A program made the position numbers and the translations under genes. Positions 8,081 to 17,450 of a stretch of 47,174 nucleotides of DNA are shown one piece after another. Every line of letters starts with the position of its first letter. Position 1 is the first letter of the stretch. Under the pieces are notes generated by a model, which was not told the DNA's origin, ran no database searches, and saw only the letters and a program-made list of their open reading frames with translations. The stretch is taken from IMG/VR virus record IMGVR_UViG_3300037511_000504, positions 1 through 47,174 of that record. The stretch is one strand, 5' to 3'. The stretch is from a virus (lineage: Duplodnaviria; Caudoviricetes).

Positions 8081-9100
8081 GTGGGGACCGATTCCAAGAT
8101 CGAGTGGACGCACCACACGTTCAACGCGTGGCTCGGGTGTGTCAAGGTGCACACAGGCTGCATGAACTGCTACGCCGAGACGTCGCAGGCCGTCGTCATG
8201 CGCAAGGGCGGGCGCATTCGCTGGGGTAATGTGTGGCAGGGGGGTGATCGCGCTGTCGTAGCTGACTCGACCTGGGCCAAGCCGCTCTCCTGGGCCCGCG
8301 CGGCAGCGAAGGCCGGGGAGAGGCACCGCGTCTTCTGTGAGTCCGAATCCGACGTGCTGGAGGTTCCACGCCTGCCCGAAACTTGGCCGAGAGGCTGGGA
8401 CGAGAAGCAGAAGGCCTGGGCTACTGAGCGCGTGGAGCGCATCGGCGCGGAACTCACCGCGGCCCGCGAGCGCCTCTGGGACATCATCAGGAAGACGGCT
8501 GCGATTGGTTGGACCGGGGTGGCCATCGCCGATCAGGTGCTCTGGCAGACGGCCCCAGGGCTGGATTGGCTCCTCCTCACGAAGCGGCCAGAGAACTGGA
8601 GGTTAGTACCCGAGGATGTTCGCCCGCTCGTGTGGTTCGGGACGAGCGCCAGCGACCAGGAGACGTTGGACAGCGCATGCTCGCGGCTGGTGGCCACCAC
8701 TGGCTTCCGGCTCACGTTCCTCTCGCTGGAGCCGATCGTGGGCCCCGTCGACCTTTCGAAGTGGCTGCCGTCTGCGGATGGCTTCTATGAGACGCCAGAT
8801 GGCCCTGTGCACAGGCGAGACTGGCCGGCCTGTCCATTCCCAGGCTGGATCATTCTCGGCGGCGAAAGTGGGCCAAGGGCTCGCCCATGTGCCGAGGAAT
8901 GGATCCAGAGCGCCGTGAAGCAGGCGAGCGACGGCGGCGTGAACGTGTTCGTGAAGCAAATGGGATCGGCGTGGGCGGACGCGAGTGGAGCCCTGACGTT
9001 CAACGACAAGGGCGCGGCAGTGCCAGACCGCAAGGGCGGGGACGCAAAGAACTGGCCCAAGGACATCCGCGTCCGAGACGTCCCAACCCTCACCCGCTGA
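8081..9100 (+). CDS. DUF5131 (phage Gp37/Gp68) family protein, three-Cys radical-SAM-like motif
   Basis: SKIEWT..TFNAWLGCVKVHTGCMNCYAE, LLLTKRPE, FLSLEP, WIILGGESG, VFVKQMG. Confidence 0.93.
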   Translation: MGTDSKIEWTHHTFNAWLGCVKVHTGCMNCYAETSQAVVMRKGGRIRWGNVWQGGDRAVVADSTWAKPLSWARAAAKAGERHRVFCESESDVLEVPRLPETWPRGWDEKQKAWATERVERIGAELTAARERLWDIIRKTAAIGWTGVAIADQVLWQTAPGLDWLLLTKRPENWRLVPEDVRPLVWFGTSASDQETLDSACSRLVATTGFRLTFLSLEPIVGPVDLSKWLPSADGFYETPDGPVHRRDWPACPFPGWIILGGESGPRARPCAEEWIQSAVKQASDGGVNVFVKQMGSAWADASGALTFNDKGAAVPDRKGGDAKNWPKDIRVRDVPTLTR

Positions 9101-9177
9101 AACCACAAGAGGAACATGAGCACCGACCACCAACCCGAGAACCCGGTTCGACTCCGGGCCGCGCCATGGAGGTTCTG

Positions 9178-9411
9178 ATGCAGGGCAAGAGGGCAGCAGT
9201 CATTCCGGTCGAGGTCGGGCAGGTCCGCGAGGCTGAGCAAGCTCCTGAGGTTCGTGCTCGGGGTGTTGTGAGACCAGATGCTGTGAAGGTGCTTCAAGTG
9301 GTAGGGCCATGGTCGCGCGTACGACGTGGCACCACACGCTCATCCTGGATCCGAACCGAGAACGTGGAGAAGAGGTTCCCCATCGTGGTGTCTGCGAGGC
9401 ATGAGGAATGA
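9178..9411 (+). CDS. Hypothetical protein
   Basis: GGAGG SD; stop overlaps the start of the YqaJ gene. Confidence 0.5.
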   Translation: MQGKRAAVIPVEVGQVREAEQAPEVRARGVVRPDAVKVLQVVGPWSRVRRGTTRSSWIRTENVEKRFPIVVSARHEE

Positions 9412-10382
9412 GCCACACAGTTGGCGGCACACTCGCGGCGCAGATCTGCGGCGTCTCGCGGTATGGAGGCCCGCTCAGCGCGTACTTCCAGCTAACGGCG
9501 GACGTCCAGGCTGAGCGCAACGCGGCAATGGGACGGGGCGTTGTGCTGGAGGAGAGCGTGCTCGCGATGATGACGCAGCAGCTCGGAGGTACGATCTGTC
9601 CCGCCCGCACCGTGACGAGCACCGCCATGCCGCACGCCCATGCAACCCTGGATGCTCTGTGGGTGCCGGATGGCGGCGAACGGGCGGACAGCGGCGTGCC
9701 ATGGACCATCCCAGATGCCAAGACCGCCAACGCCGAGGGGATGGGCGAGGACTGGGGTCCGGACGGATCGGACCAGATCCCCCAGGAGTACCAGGTCCAA
9801 CTCCAGTGGTACCACGGCGTGTGCCGGGCGGCCGGCATGAACGTGGCCGACGAGGCGCTGCTCCCCACTCTGGTAGGGCCCGAGGCCGAGCTGCAGTGGG
9901 CCGCGCGGCTGGTGCAGGCGGCCGTCCGTCCGCTGCGGCGCGCGGACCTGGAGGACACGGGGCTGGAACTCCGGGTGTACCGCGTGGAGTGGGACCCTGA
10001 GGCCTTCCGGCTCATGGACGAGCGGGTGCGCCGCTTCCTCCGGGAGCACGTGGTGCCACGGGTGCCGCCCGAACCCGGGGCCGGAGACCTGCTCGATCGC
10101 GACCTCCGGGCGGTGGCCAAGGGCCTGAAGGCCGAGCCCGGGCGTCTGCTGGACCTGGATCGCCTACCGCCCGCAGAGCAGGCGCTGGTGCTGGACCTTC
10201 TCGACGCCAACCGCCAGCGCAAGGCTTGGGCCGAGAAGGAGGAGCAGGCAGCCGCCCGCGTGCGCCTCCTTATGGCCACGGCTGAGGAGGTGCGTGGGTT
10301 GCCGGGTGGCGCGCGGGTGACATGGCGCGACCGTCAGACTGGTCGTGTATTCAAGGTCGAGGAACCGAGAGGGAGGAAGTGA
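9408..10382 (+). CDS. YqaJ/lambda-exonuclease family recombination nuclease
   Basis: VGGT.AAQICGVS, GRG..LE, HATLD, DAKT, IPQEY.VQLQWY; close to RecT. Confidence 0.85.
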   Translation: MSHTVGGTLAAQICGVSRYGGPLSAYFQLTADVQAERNAAMGRGVVLEESVLAMMTQQLGGTICPARTVTSTAMPHAHATLDALWVPDGGERADSGVPWTIPDAKTANAEGMGEDWGPDGSDQIPQEYQVQLQWYHGVCRAAGMNVADEALLPTLVGPEAELQWAARLVQAAVRPLRRADLEDTGLELRVYRVEWDPEAFRLMDERVRRFLREHVVPRVPPEPGAGDLLDRDLRAVAKGLKAEPGRLLDLDRLPPAEQALVLDLLDANRQRKAWAEKEEQAAARVRLLMATAEEVRGLPGGARVTWRDRQTGRVFKVEEPRGRK

Positions 10383-10753
10383 TGGGATACGACACGGCAA
10401 ATGAGGAGCTGAAGAAGATTGTGGGTTCCACGGTGAAGGGGCTGGAGGACAGCGGGGACATGACGCTACTGCTAGAGGACGGGCGGCGCGTGCGGATGAC
10501 GCTGACCGGGGACTGTTGTTCGTCGTCCTCATTCACCGAACCCAAGCAGTTTCAGGAACTGGTGGGAGCAACCATCCTGGAGGCCGAGGATCGGGACGGT
10601 CAGTCCGACAACAACCTGCCGGAGCCGGAAGGTTCTGACGTCATCTCCTGGCACTTCCTCGTCTTCAAGACCAATAAGGGCCACGTCACCATCGACTGGC
10701 ACAACGACAGCAACGGCTACTACGACGGCAACCTGTCCGTGGAGATTACATGA
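10382..10753 (+). CDS. Conserved phage hypothetical protein (DCC / SNGYY type)
   Basis: GDCCS and SNGYYDG motifs; strong SD. Confidence 0.75.
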   Translation: MGYDTANEELKKIVGSTVKGLEDSGDMTLLLEDGRRVRMTLTGDCCSSSSFTEPKQFQELVGATILEAEDRDGQSDNNLPEPEGSDVISWHFLVFKTNKGHVTIDWHNDSNGYYDGNLSVEIT

Positions 10754-11688
10754 CGACCGACACGAAGCTGGCGACGCGAGCGCCCAGCCCCATCGAAGGG
10801 TGGAAGGCCGAGCTGTACCACGAGAAGACGCTGAGCAACCTAAGCAAGGCTCTCATGGGCACAGGCTATGCGCCTGAGCGGTTCGCCCACACGGCCTATA
10901 TGCTCGTGGCCAAGAACCCCAAGCTGCTGGTGAACAAGACCCAGCTTTGGCTCGGTGTGTACGCCGCCGCCGAGTGCGGGCTCTCGCTCCAGACGCACAT
11001 GCAGCAGATGTTCCTCGTCCCATTCGGCAAGGAGGTGACACCGATCATCGGGGCGCAGGGGTTCGTCTACCTTATTGGGAAGGCAGGCCTGGGGCTCCTC
11101 AACCCGCCCGTGCTGGTGTTCCAGCGCGACATTGACGAGCACCGCTTCAAGTACCGGCAGGGGACGCGCGCCATCTGTGACCTGGATCCCGTGGTGCGAG
11201 ATCCCAGCCGCCCCAAGGGAGAACTCCGGTATGCCTTCGCCGTGTACGAGGCAGCCAACGGGCGCAAGACATTCAAGTGCATGGACCGGGCGGAGATCCT
11301 GGAGATCCGCGACGGCAGCAAGGGCTGGAAGGCCTACAAGAACGGGCGCGCCTCCCAGAGCACGTGGGAGGCCACCACCCTGCCGGATGGCTCCGAGGGC
11401 GGCAACTTCCTGCCCATGGCGGCCAAGACGGTGATCCGGCACTTCGCCAAGGTGTTGCCCAAGAGTACCGACCACTGGGGCGAGCGGGCGGCCAAGGCCG
11501 AGGCGGTGGAGGCGGCGCTGGACGGGCAGCCCACGGACGCGCTCGACGACGTGCTGGACGTGACGGTGGAGCAGGAGGCCCAGAAGACGGCCAACGACAG
11601 GCTCAAGGAGACTTTGCGCAGCAACGAGCCCAGCGCCGAGGAGCAGGCCGAGATCCGCCGCCTGGAGATGGAGGCCTCGAAGCAGTAG
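10750..11688 (+). CDS. recT: RecT-family single-strand annealing protein
   Basis: AAECGL, FLVPFG...IIGAQG, MAAKTVIRH..K.LPKS. Confidence 0.88.
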   Translation: MTTDTKLATRAPSPIEGWKAELYHEKTLSNLSKALMGTGYAPERFAHTAYMLVAKNPKLLVNKTQLWLGVYAAAECGLSLQTHMQQMFLVPFGKEVTPIIGAQGFVYLIGKAGLGLLNPPVLVFQRDIDEHRFKYRQGTRAICDLDPVVRDPSRPKGELRYAFAVYEAANGRKTFKCMDRAEILEIRDGSKGWKAYKNGRASQSTWEATTLPDGSEGGNFLPMAAKTVIRHFAKVLPKSTDHWGERAAKAEAVEAALDGQPTDALDDVLDVTVEQEAQKTANDRLKETLRSNEPSAEEQAEIRRLEMEASKQ

Positions 11689-11751
11689 GTAACCAAGCCT
11701 GTCGCAGTCCGTTAGGAGTACATTCACTCGCAGCACCAGAAAGGCAGTGTC

Positions 11752-12192
11752 ATGACCGAGAAGGCGTTGAATGTGGCGAGTATGGAGGACCTCAAGACGA
11801 AGGCGCCCGGGACGGAGGTGTTTGGCAACCCCGGAGCGTGGGTGTTGCTGGGGAAGGCCTCCAACACGGAACAGGGGTGGATGAAAAGCACCAAGGCGAT
11901 GCAGACACCGGTGGGGGTACTCATCCAAACATCAACGGAGAAGAGGAATCCGGACGGCTCGTGGTCCATCTGCGACGCGCTCACGGAAGTGCGCGGGGCA
12001 GCGCTGCGACAGGTGAATGGCAACCACTGGGAGTTCTCCACCGACGCTGGAGCCTCAAAGGTCCGGACCGCCCTCGCCGCTATGAAGTCCTGCATCCTCT
12101 CCGGCGAGCCCTGGACGCAGGATATGCAGAGCGCTCTTGACACCGCCAATCATGAGCTCCTCGCCATTGAGGCCCTCGGCTCGAAGCAGTAG
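11752..12192 (+). CDS. Phage hypothetical protein
   Basis: GWMKSTKAM...GVLIQTST; coding-like composition. Confidence 0.7.
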   Translation: MTEKALNVASMEDLKTKAPGTEVFGNPGAWVLLGKASNTEQGWMKSTKAMQTPVGVLIQTSTEKRNPDGSWSICDALTEVRGAALRQVNGNHWEFSTDAGASKVRTALAAMKSCILSGEPWTQDMQSALDTANHELLAIEALGSKQ

Positions 12193-12223
12193 ACAGCCGC
12201 CGCCGCCCGGCATACATAAGAGG

Positions 12224-12318
12224 GGCTGGCCCGGACGGTAGAGTCTGGAACCTCCTCCCTCCACCAGTTGAAGGGCCCTCGCTCTTGCCCCCACGGAGCC
12301 TGGGCCCTTCGTCTTTTC
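12224..12318 (+). ncRNA. Candidate anti-RBS sRNA
   Basis: TAGACA-17-TACATA promoter (12190-12218); stems GGCTGG/CCAGTT and CCGGAC/GTCTGG; tract TGGAACCTCCTCCCTCC; terminal hairpin plus U-tract. Confidence 0.5.
12270..12318 (+). terminator. Intrinsic terminator-like hairpin
   Basis: GAAGGGCCC...GGGCCCTTC stem with inner GCTC/GAGC, followed by GTCTTTT. Confidence 0.6.
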
Positions 12319-12357
12319 TGGTGCCGTGGTAACCTCTTGGAGTCCTTGGAGGAAACC

Positions 12358-13059
12358 ATGCCCGACGTACAGATGCAGCCCATCCCCGTCCGCAAGCCCA
12401 GGAGCCGCACCAGGCGTGCGCTTGAGGGTACCGCCGTAGCCATTGTCCTTCTTGGTGGGCTGGAGGTGGCTCTCCACACCGTCGCCCAGGGAGCGGTGAG
12501 CCCGGAGGTGAAGCTGTGGGCCCAGGCGCTCTCCCTTGGCATCGGTGCCGTGGTGGCGGCACTGAGGGGCAGTGGCATGCTGGGCGGGTTGATGCTGGCA
12601 GTCCTTGCCTGGGGCATCTCCTCGCCTGTCAACGCCGCAGACCGCTACCGCTCCTATTCCGTGACGCTGGCGAGTGCGGCATGCCCCTCTGGCGCGCCAG
12701 GCCTCATGAGCGATGCGAAGGAGCCTGGCCTATCGATGGGCGGGCTACGCGCCTGGAACGTGACGATTCTGGCGCCGCCTGGAGAGACCTTCACTGGAAC
12801 GGGCCTGCTCCGGGTGTGCGTATTCCGTCGCTCGCCCGGCGGGCCGGACCTGTGGGTCCCGTCGCCAACGTTCGCTTGGGACTTTTCCGATGACGGATTC
12901 GGGAATCCGATCACGGGCACCCGCGCGACGTTCCAGGACATCACGATTGGCGTGAACGATGGGGATCTGGTGTACGTGTACCCGGAGACCACCCTCGGCG
13001 TGAGCGCCGGCACCACCGTGAGCGTCTACCTGGAGGGCCAGCTCAATGCGACGCCTTAG
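12358..13059 (+). CDS. Membrane/exported protein: two hydrophobic helices, a signal-like segment and a beta-rich domain
   Basis: GGAGG SD; hydrophobic N-terminus; VNA|AD putative cleavage site. Confidence 0.65.
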   Translation: MPDVQMQPIPVRKPRSRTRRALEGTAVAIVLLGGLEVALHTVAQGAVSPEVKLWAQALSLGIGAVVAALRGSGMLGGLMLAVLAWGISSPVNAADRYRSYSVTLASAACPSGAPGLMSDAKEPGLSMGGLRAWNVTILAPPGETFTGTGLLRVCVFRRSPGGPDLWVPSPTFAWDFSDDGFGNPITGTRATFQDITIGVNDGDLVYVYPETTLGVSAGTTVSVYLEGQLNATP

Positions 13060-13615
13060 TCTGCTGGCGGCGCTGCTGGCGCTGCCTGCCATGGGGCAGG
13101 GGTACCTCCCCCAGCGTGGCGTCCTGCTTTCTGCTGACGACGTGGACAGGGCGCTCACCGGCCAGAGTCTGTCTCTGCGCTCGCTGGTACTCGTGGGCAC
13201 GGGCAGCAGCACCTCGGACACGCTGGTCATCCTGAGTGGGCGGATCCGCATGGCACCCAACACAGTGAACGGCAACGCGCTCTTCTACTTCAACTCCAAT
13301 GGCTTCAACATCGACAACCAGCTCAACATCGCGGCTGGCGCGGCGGTGCTAGTGGACTACGTGGTGCCGCGCCAGAACTCCATCCCTGTCTCGCTGGGGG
13401 ACTCTGACGGAACCACGTTTGCGCTCCAGGCCTCTCCAGGGACGTGTGACGCCGCTCACAAGGGGGCCGTCGTCGGCGTCTCGGAGTCCGCCTCCAGCGC
13501 CACACGGCTCTGCCGCTGCATCCTCACTGCGTCCGGCGGCAACTACCGCTGGCTGAATATGGACAACTCCACGCGTGGAACCACCACCACCGACTGCCCG
13601 GATACAACCCCATGA
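13046..13615 (+). CDS. Exported fibre-like beta protein with a Cys-containing C-terminal knob
   Basis: Signal MRRLSLLAALLALPAMG; beta-rich body; TCDAAHKG...LCRC...YRW...C. Confidence 0.6.
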   Translation: MRRLSLLAALLALPAMGQGYLPQRGVLLSADDVDRALTGQSLSLRSLVLVGTGSSTSDTLVILSGRIRMAPNTVNGNALFYFNSNGFNIDNQLNIAAGAAVLVDYVVPRQNSIPVSLGDSDGTTFALQASPGTCDAAHKGAVVGVSESASSATRLCRCILTASGGNYRWLNMDNSTRGTTTTDCPDTTP

Positions 13616-14220
13616 GACACATCCCACTGCTCATGCTGCTCCTCGCCTCGCTGGCCGTCGCCTCGCCCAAGCGCGCCTACGTCGCGATGGGAGACTCCAT
13701 CACCAACGGCCACGCCTTCGACGCCAGCACCTACCCTGCTCGCCTGGAGGCGCTGCTTGGCGTCCCAGTCGAGAACATGGGGGTCGGCGGCGAGCTGGCA
13801 GCCAGCATCAATACCCGCTTCACCGCTTACGTTCTGCCGTACCCGTACAGGGGTGTGATCTTCGAGGAGTGTATCAACGACCTGATTGCGGGCACCTCAG
13901 GCGCAACGTGCTGGACGGCGACCCAGGCAGCCGCCGATGCAGCCCGAGCGGCTGGGATGACGGTTGTGTTGGTGACGGCCATCCCGTGCGGGAACTACGC
14001 ACCGTGGAACGGAACGAAGGAGACGCAGCGCGACGCCTACAACACCGCGCTCCGCGCCTACGTCGCCGCCCACCCGAGCGACACCTTCCTTGTGGACCTC
14101 GACCTGGTAGTGTCTGACGACACGGACACGATCAAGGCCGCCTACGACTACGGCGAGGGCCTGCACCTGAACGGCGCCGGGTTCCAGGCGGTGGCAGAGG
14201 CCATCGACGACGTGATCTGA
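13612..14220 (+). CDS. SGNH/GDSL esterase with a Sec signal peptide
   Basis: GDSIT (block I), NMGVGG (II), IND (III), EGLHLN (V); signal MRHIPLLMLLLASLAVA. Confidence 0.9.
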   Translation: MRHIPLLMLLLASLAVASPKRAYVAMGDSITNGHAFDASTYPARLEALLGVPVENMGVGGELAASINTRFTAYVLPYPYRGVIFEECINDLIAGTSGATCWTATQAAADAARAAGMTVVLVTAIPCGNYAPWNGTKETQRDAYNTALRAYVAAHPSDTFLVDLDLVVSDDTDTIKAAYDYGEGLHLNGAGFQAVAEAIDDVI

Positions 14221-14223
14221 GCC

Positions 14224-14538
14224 TCACGGCCCTGGGGAAGGCGTGTCCAGAGGGGTGGTGAGGCGCTGGGCCTTGCGCTCGAGCCGACGCACCAGCACCT
14301 CGAGCGATCGACGCAGAAGCCTGGAGCGAGCACGGACTGGAGCCACGGCATTGAAGCGGTCCAGTATCGCCTGCTCAACGAGCAGCTCCACCCGGGCCTC
14401 CTTCTTAGGGCCCCTGGGCGGCACCCCCGCCTTCCTCCGACGCTCGGCCGAGTAGTGCGCCTGGCACAGCCCGCGGGCGATCACCACTCCGGGGCACCCC
14501 GCCTCTCCAGTGCAGTTCTTGATGCCGGGCTGGCTCAC
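14224..14538 (-). CDS. Small Zn-finger plus ribbon-helix-helix-like DNA-binding protein
   Basis: C....GC.....RGLC.AHY followed by RVELLV...RSRLLRRSL; GTGA coupling. Confidence 0.55.
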   Translation of the reverse strand: MSQPGIKNCTGEAGCPGVVIARGLCQAHYSAERRRKAGVPPRGPKKEARVELLVEQAILDRFNAVAPVRARSRLLRRSLEVLVRRLERKAQRLTTPLDTPSPGP

Positions 14539-15905
14539 GGCGCTGCTCCTTCGATGGCGGCCTTGAGCACTGGTAGAAGCCCGTGTGCCCCGGCGATGGT
14601 CGCCACACGCTGCACGGCCTTCAAGCACGCCGAGCGCATGGCCTCGGCGCCTTGCTCGAAGCACCCGTCCTGATAGGCCACCTCCAGCGGCCCTTCTGGG
14701 AGTGGCTGATCATCCTCGCCGGACCACAGAACAACACCCGGCGTCTCCTCGGTTGGTGGCGTGAGAGCGAGGCCCGTCACCGCCTCGCTTCTCTGCTTCA
14801 CCCTCTCGGGATGGCCAGGAGTGGCGGCGTCATCGTGGGTGCAGGTTGGGGAGCATGGATGGCGCGCCGCCACGGGCTCCAGGTTCAGCTTCTTGGCGAG
14901 CACGCACCGCCACCCCTCGACCAACCCAGCGGCGCCACGACACGAACCGACGCACGTGCACTCCCTACGCGTGTCCTTCGCCTCTTGCGGCGAGTCGCCT
15001 TCCAGAATCCATCGGGCAAGGGCATCATCCGCTCCATGCGCCTCGACCCAGTCCGCGATACGACCGCTGGCTACCCTCTCCCGGATGGCGGCGAGGCGGG
15101 ACTCGGCGGCACGGAGCATATCGCCAGCCTTCTCCGCCGTCTTGACCATGAGGCGCCTGCCCGTCTGCGCTTCATCAAGTTCGGCCTTCAGCCTCTCCAC
15201 CTCGGCCCGGGCGGTGTCGCGCTCAGTAGTCAGCCGCATGTTCTCGCTCATGGCGGCGGCGAGCACGCCTGTCACAGCATCAGCGGCGCCACGCCCGGCG
15301 CACGTTCGGTAGAGGTCACCAGCCACTGCCCCCAAGAGCGTCTCCTGAAGGAGGCGCGTCAGGTCCGCCTCCAACTCCGCTGCCTTGGTCCGGAGCGTCT
15401 CGGCCTCTCGCCACGCCTTGGCTGTGGCCTCACGCGAGGCTGATGTGTCGCTGGCGAGGGCGGCGAGGCGGGAGAGCGCGTCCTGCGAGTCGCTCATGGC
15501 GTCAACGTGCCTGGGGTGGATGCCGAGCTTTTCGCGAAGCCTCGCAAGATCGCGACGAAGGAGGGCCTCGTCCTCCGCAACCTGCCCCGAGGGCTTGAGG
15601 CGGGAGAGTTCGGCCTCCAGTGCGGCCACTCGGGCGCCTTGGGCCTCCGCATGCCCCAGCAGCTCAGCTTGCTCCGTCTTCGAGAGGCCATCCGCCAAAA
15701 TCCTGGCGTTGAAGATACTGAGCCGCGCAGACGTAATCGCACCACCACGCCCGGCAGCTAGCGACACGGCGCGCGTCATGATGGCGCGCACCACGGCTGG
15801 CGGCAGGTCCTCGAGGTCGGGGCCAAGGCGGATGTCTTTTGGCTGCTCCTGAGTATCAAGGCCCGCCCGAGTTGCGTCCTCTACCTCTTTCTCGCTCCAG
15901 TTCAT
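14535..15905 (-). CDS. Modular coiled-coil hypothetical protein
   Basis: Heptad-rich; shares a segment with 28859-30193. Confidence 0.7.
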   Translation of the reverse strand: MNWSEKEVEDATRAGLDTQEQPKDIRLGPDLEDLPPAVVRAIMTRAVSLAAGRGGAITSARLSIFNARILADGLSKTEQAELLGHAEAQGARVAALEAELSRLKPSGQVAEDEALLRRDLARLREKLGIHPRHVDAMSDSQDALSRLAALASDTSASREATAKAWREAETLRTKAAELEADLTRLLQETLLGAVAGDLYRTCAGRGAADAVTGVLAAAMSENMRLTTERDTARAEVERLKAELDEAQTGRRLMVKTAEKAGDMLRAAESRLAAIRERVASGRIADWVEAHGADDALARWILEGDSPQEAKDTRRECTCVGSCRGAAGLVEGWRCVLAKKLNLEPVAARHPCSPTCTHDDAATPGHPERVKQRSEAVTGLALTPPTEETPGVVLWSGEDDQPLPEGPLEVAYQDGCFEQGAEAMRSACLKAVQRVATIAGAHGLLPVLKAAIEGAAP

Positions 15906-15906
15906 G

Positions 15907-16095
15907 TCACTTCACTCCCTTGTCCTTGAGGAACTGTTCGTAGGCGGCAGCAGCAGCAGCTCGGGCTCGCGTTTCCTGGGCCTCGGAGTCGCGCCAGGCT
16001 CTCTCCATCACAGAGCGCATCTCTGGACTGAGCGCGTCATGGCGGGGTGCCCCGTGCCCGCGCTCGTCCGGATAGCTGGGGTGCCGTCGCCTCAC
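15907..16095 (-). CDS. Hypothetical protein
   Basis: GTG at 16095 overlaps the upstream stop; the end supplies the SD of the next gene. Confidence 0.45.
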   Translation of the reverse strand: MRRRHPSYPDERGHGAPRHDALSPEMRSVMERAWRDSEAQETRARAAAAAAYEQFLKDKGVK

Positions 16096-16814
16096 GGCTC
16101 CGCCCCGAAGGCGGACACCTGCTCGACGAGGCGCTCGACGTAGTGTGCCAGGATGGCACGCGACGGCCATTCGGCGTCCTGCTCCGGATCTGCGGCGACG
16201 TGGCCACATGCCTTCGCGATGATCGACGACTTCCGCACGTCCATCGGGAGCGCGAGGAACGCCGCATGCCCCGCCCGCTCCGCCCGAGCCATGTCCGAGA
16301 GCGCGGCGTACACGGCGTCGCGTGTCCCGATCATGCCGTTGTAGTGCGCTGCCATGAGGAGGCCCGCTCGTTCCGATGTTGTCGGTGAGCGGCCCAGCAC
16401 CAGCGCCTTGATGAGCGCCCAGCGGTCGCGGCAGAAGGACGCACGCTCCTCGTTGGCCACCTCGTCTGCCCATGGGCCCTGCCGACTTGCTGGGACGAGC
16501 GCCACATCTGTCACGTCGCTCCCCTCCCACGTCTTCCCGGAGATGGAGCAGTAGACCTTCACGAGTCGGGCGGGACAGCCATTGAGGTGTGGCGGGTTGT
16601 TGCCTGGTTCTGCTTCGTCGGCGCACGTGCACTCCCCTAGCAATCCCCCGAACATGGCGGAGCGCGGGATGGGGCAGGGGATGAGGACGGGCTCACAGAC
16701 ACATGTCGTCGGGCCAGCGCCTCCAGCGAGCCATCGCTGGTAACCACACGAACATGTGGCTAGGTTGACGTTGATGGTCGGGATGGTGTGGGGCGTCTCA
16801 TTCCAGCTGGGCAT
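16092..16814 (-). CDS. Cys-rich hypothetical protein
   Basis: AGGAGGTTCCA immediately upstream of ATG 16814. Confidence 0.65.
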   Translation of the reverse strand: MPSWNETPHTIPTINVNLATCSCGYQRWLAGGAGPTTCVCEPVLIPCPIPRSAMFGGLLGECTCADEAEPGNNPPHLNGCPARLVKVYCSISGKTWEGSDVTDVALVPASRQGPWADEVANEERASFCRDRWALIKALVLGRSPTTSERAGLLMAAHYNGMIGTRDAVYAALSDMARAERAGHAAFLALPMDVRKSSIIAKACGHVAADPEQDAEWPSRAILAHYVERLVEQVSAFGAEP

Positions 16815-16844
16815 TGGAACCTCCTGGGAACCGCGCGTATATGA

Positions 16845-16871
16845 CATTATCCGGGTTGTAAGGCAAGAGTT
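16845..16871 (-). promoter_or_regulatory. Conserved leftward promoter/operator element, copy 1
   Basis: CATTATCCGGG-N6-GGCAAGAGTT, also present at 19156-19182; TTGCC -35-like box on the minus strand. Confidence 0.6.
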
Positions 16872-17216
16872 GCTAGCGGCGACAAGGTCGCGGACACGGC
16901 TGGGTGCAGAGCCCGTAGGCGAGCACGCTTCCGCCGGAGAGCAGCCACGCGAGACCGCGCCCGTCAGGGGGCTTCATCAGGCAACGTGGGCGAGGCGCGC
17001 CAATCTCGATGTTCAGCGCGTTGGCCGGGCGTCGCGGGGTCCGCTCCTCTCTGCGTTGGTCGCACCCGGCGGCGAACTCACCGTGCGGCTCGTCTTGCCA
17101 TTGCCATGCAGGGACGGCCGACCGCCACTCGACCGTGCGCGGATGATGCTCGCCAAGCACGTCTCGGCTGTGGAGGTACATCGAAAGGGCGGAAGGCATG
17201 GGAGACGCCTATGAGA

Positions 17217-17450
17217 CTACGGGCACTGGCATGGAAACTGGGAGCAGCCGGGACAGGGTTCCAACTCCAGCGCCGGGTGGACGAGGATGGGCTCTTCCTC
17301 TGGCGCCAGGTAGAGCTCCACCGACTCCTGCTCAAGCGTCGCGCGGAGCTGCAAGTCCATGAGGACGGAGGAGCGGAACGAAGCGCGCGTATCGTGGTCG
17401 AGCGCATCCCAGAAGTAGCGGGCCTCTTCGGAGAGGAGGATGGCGGTCAT
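17217..17450 (-). CDS. Hypothetical protein
   Basis: ATGA coupling; C-terminal CPGC..CQC. Confidence 0.5.
   Translation of the reverse strand: MTAILLSEEARYFWDALDHDTRASFRSSVLMDLQLRATLEQESVELYLAPEEEPILVHPALELEPCPGCSQFPCQCP

Noticed and set aside
9011-9166. Full or intron-containing tRNA using GGCGCGG at 9011
   Set aside because: The spacing is too long, the 5' part lies inside the DUF5131 CDS, and there are no D or anticodon arms.
16950-16986. Hammerhead-like CTGATGA plus GCCC/GGGC stem on the minus strand
   Set aside because: The required GAAA core after stem II is absent (GCGG), so it is at most a degenerate relic.
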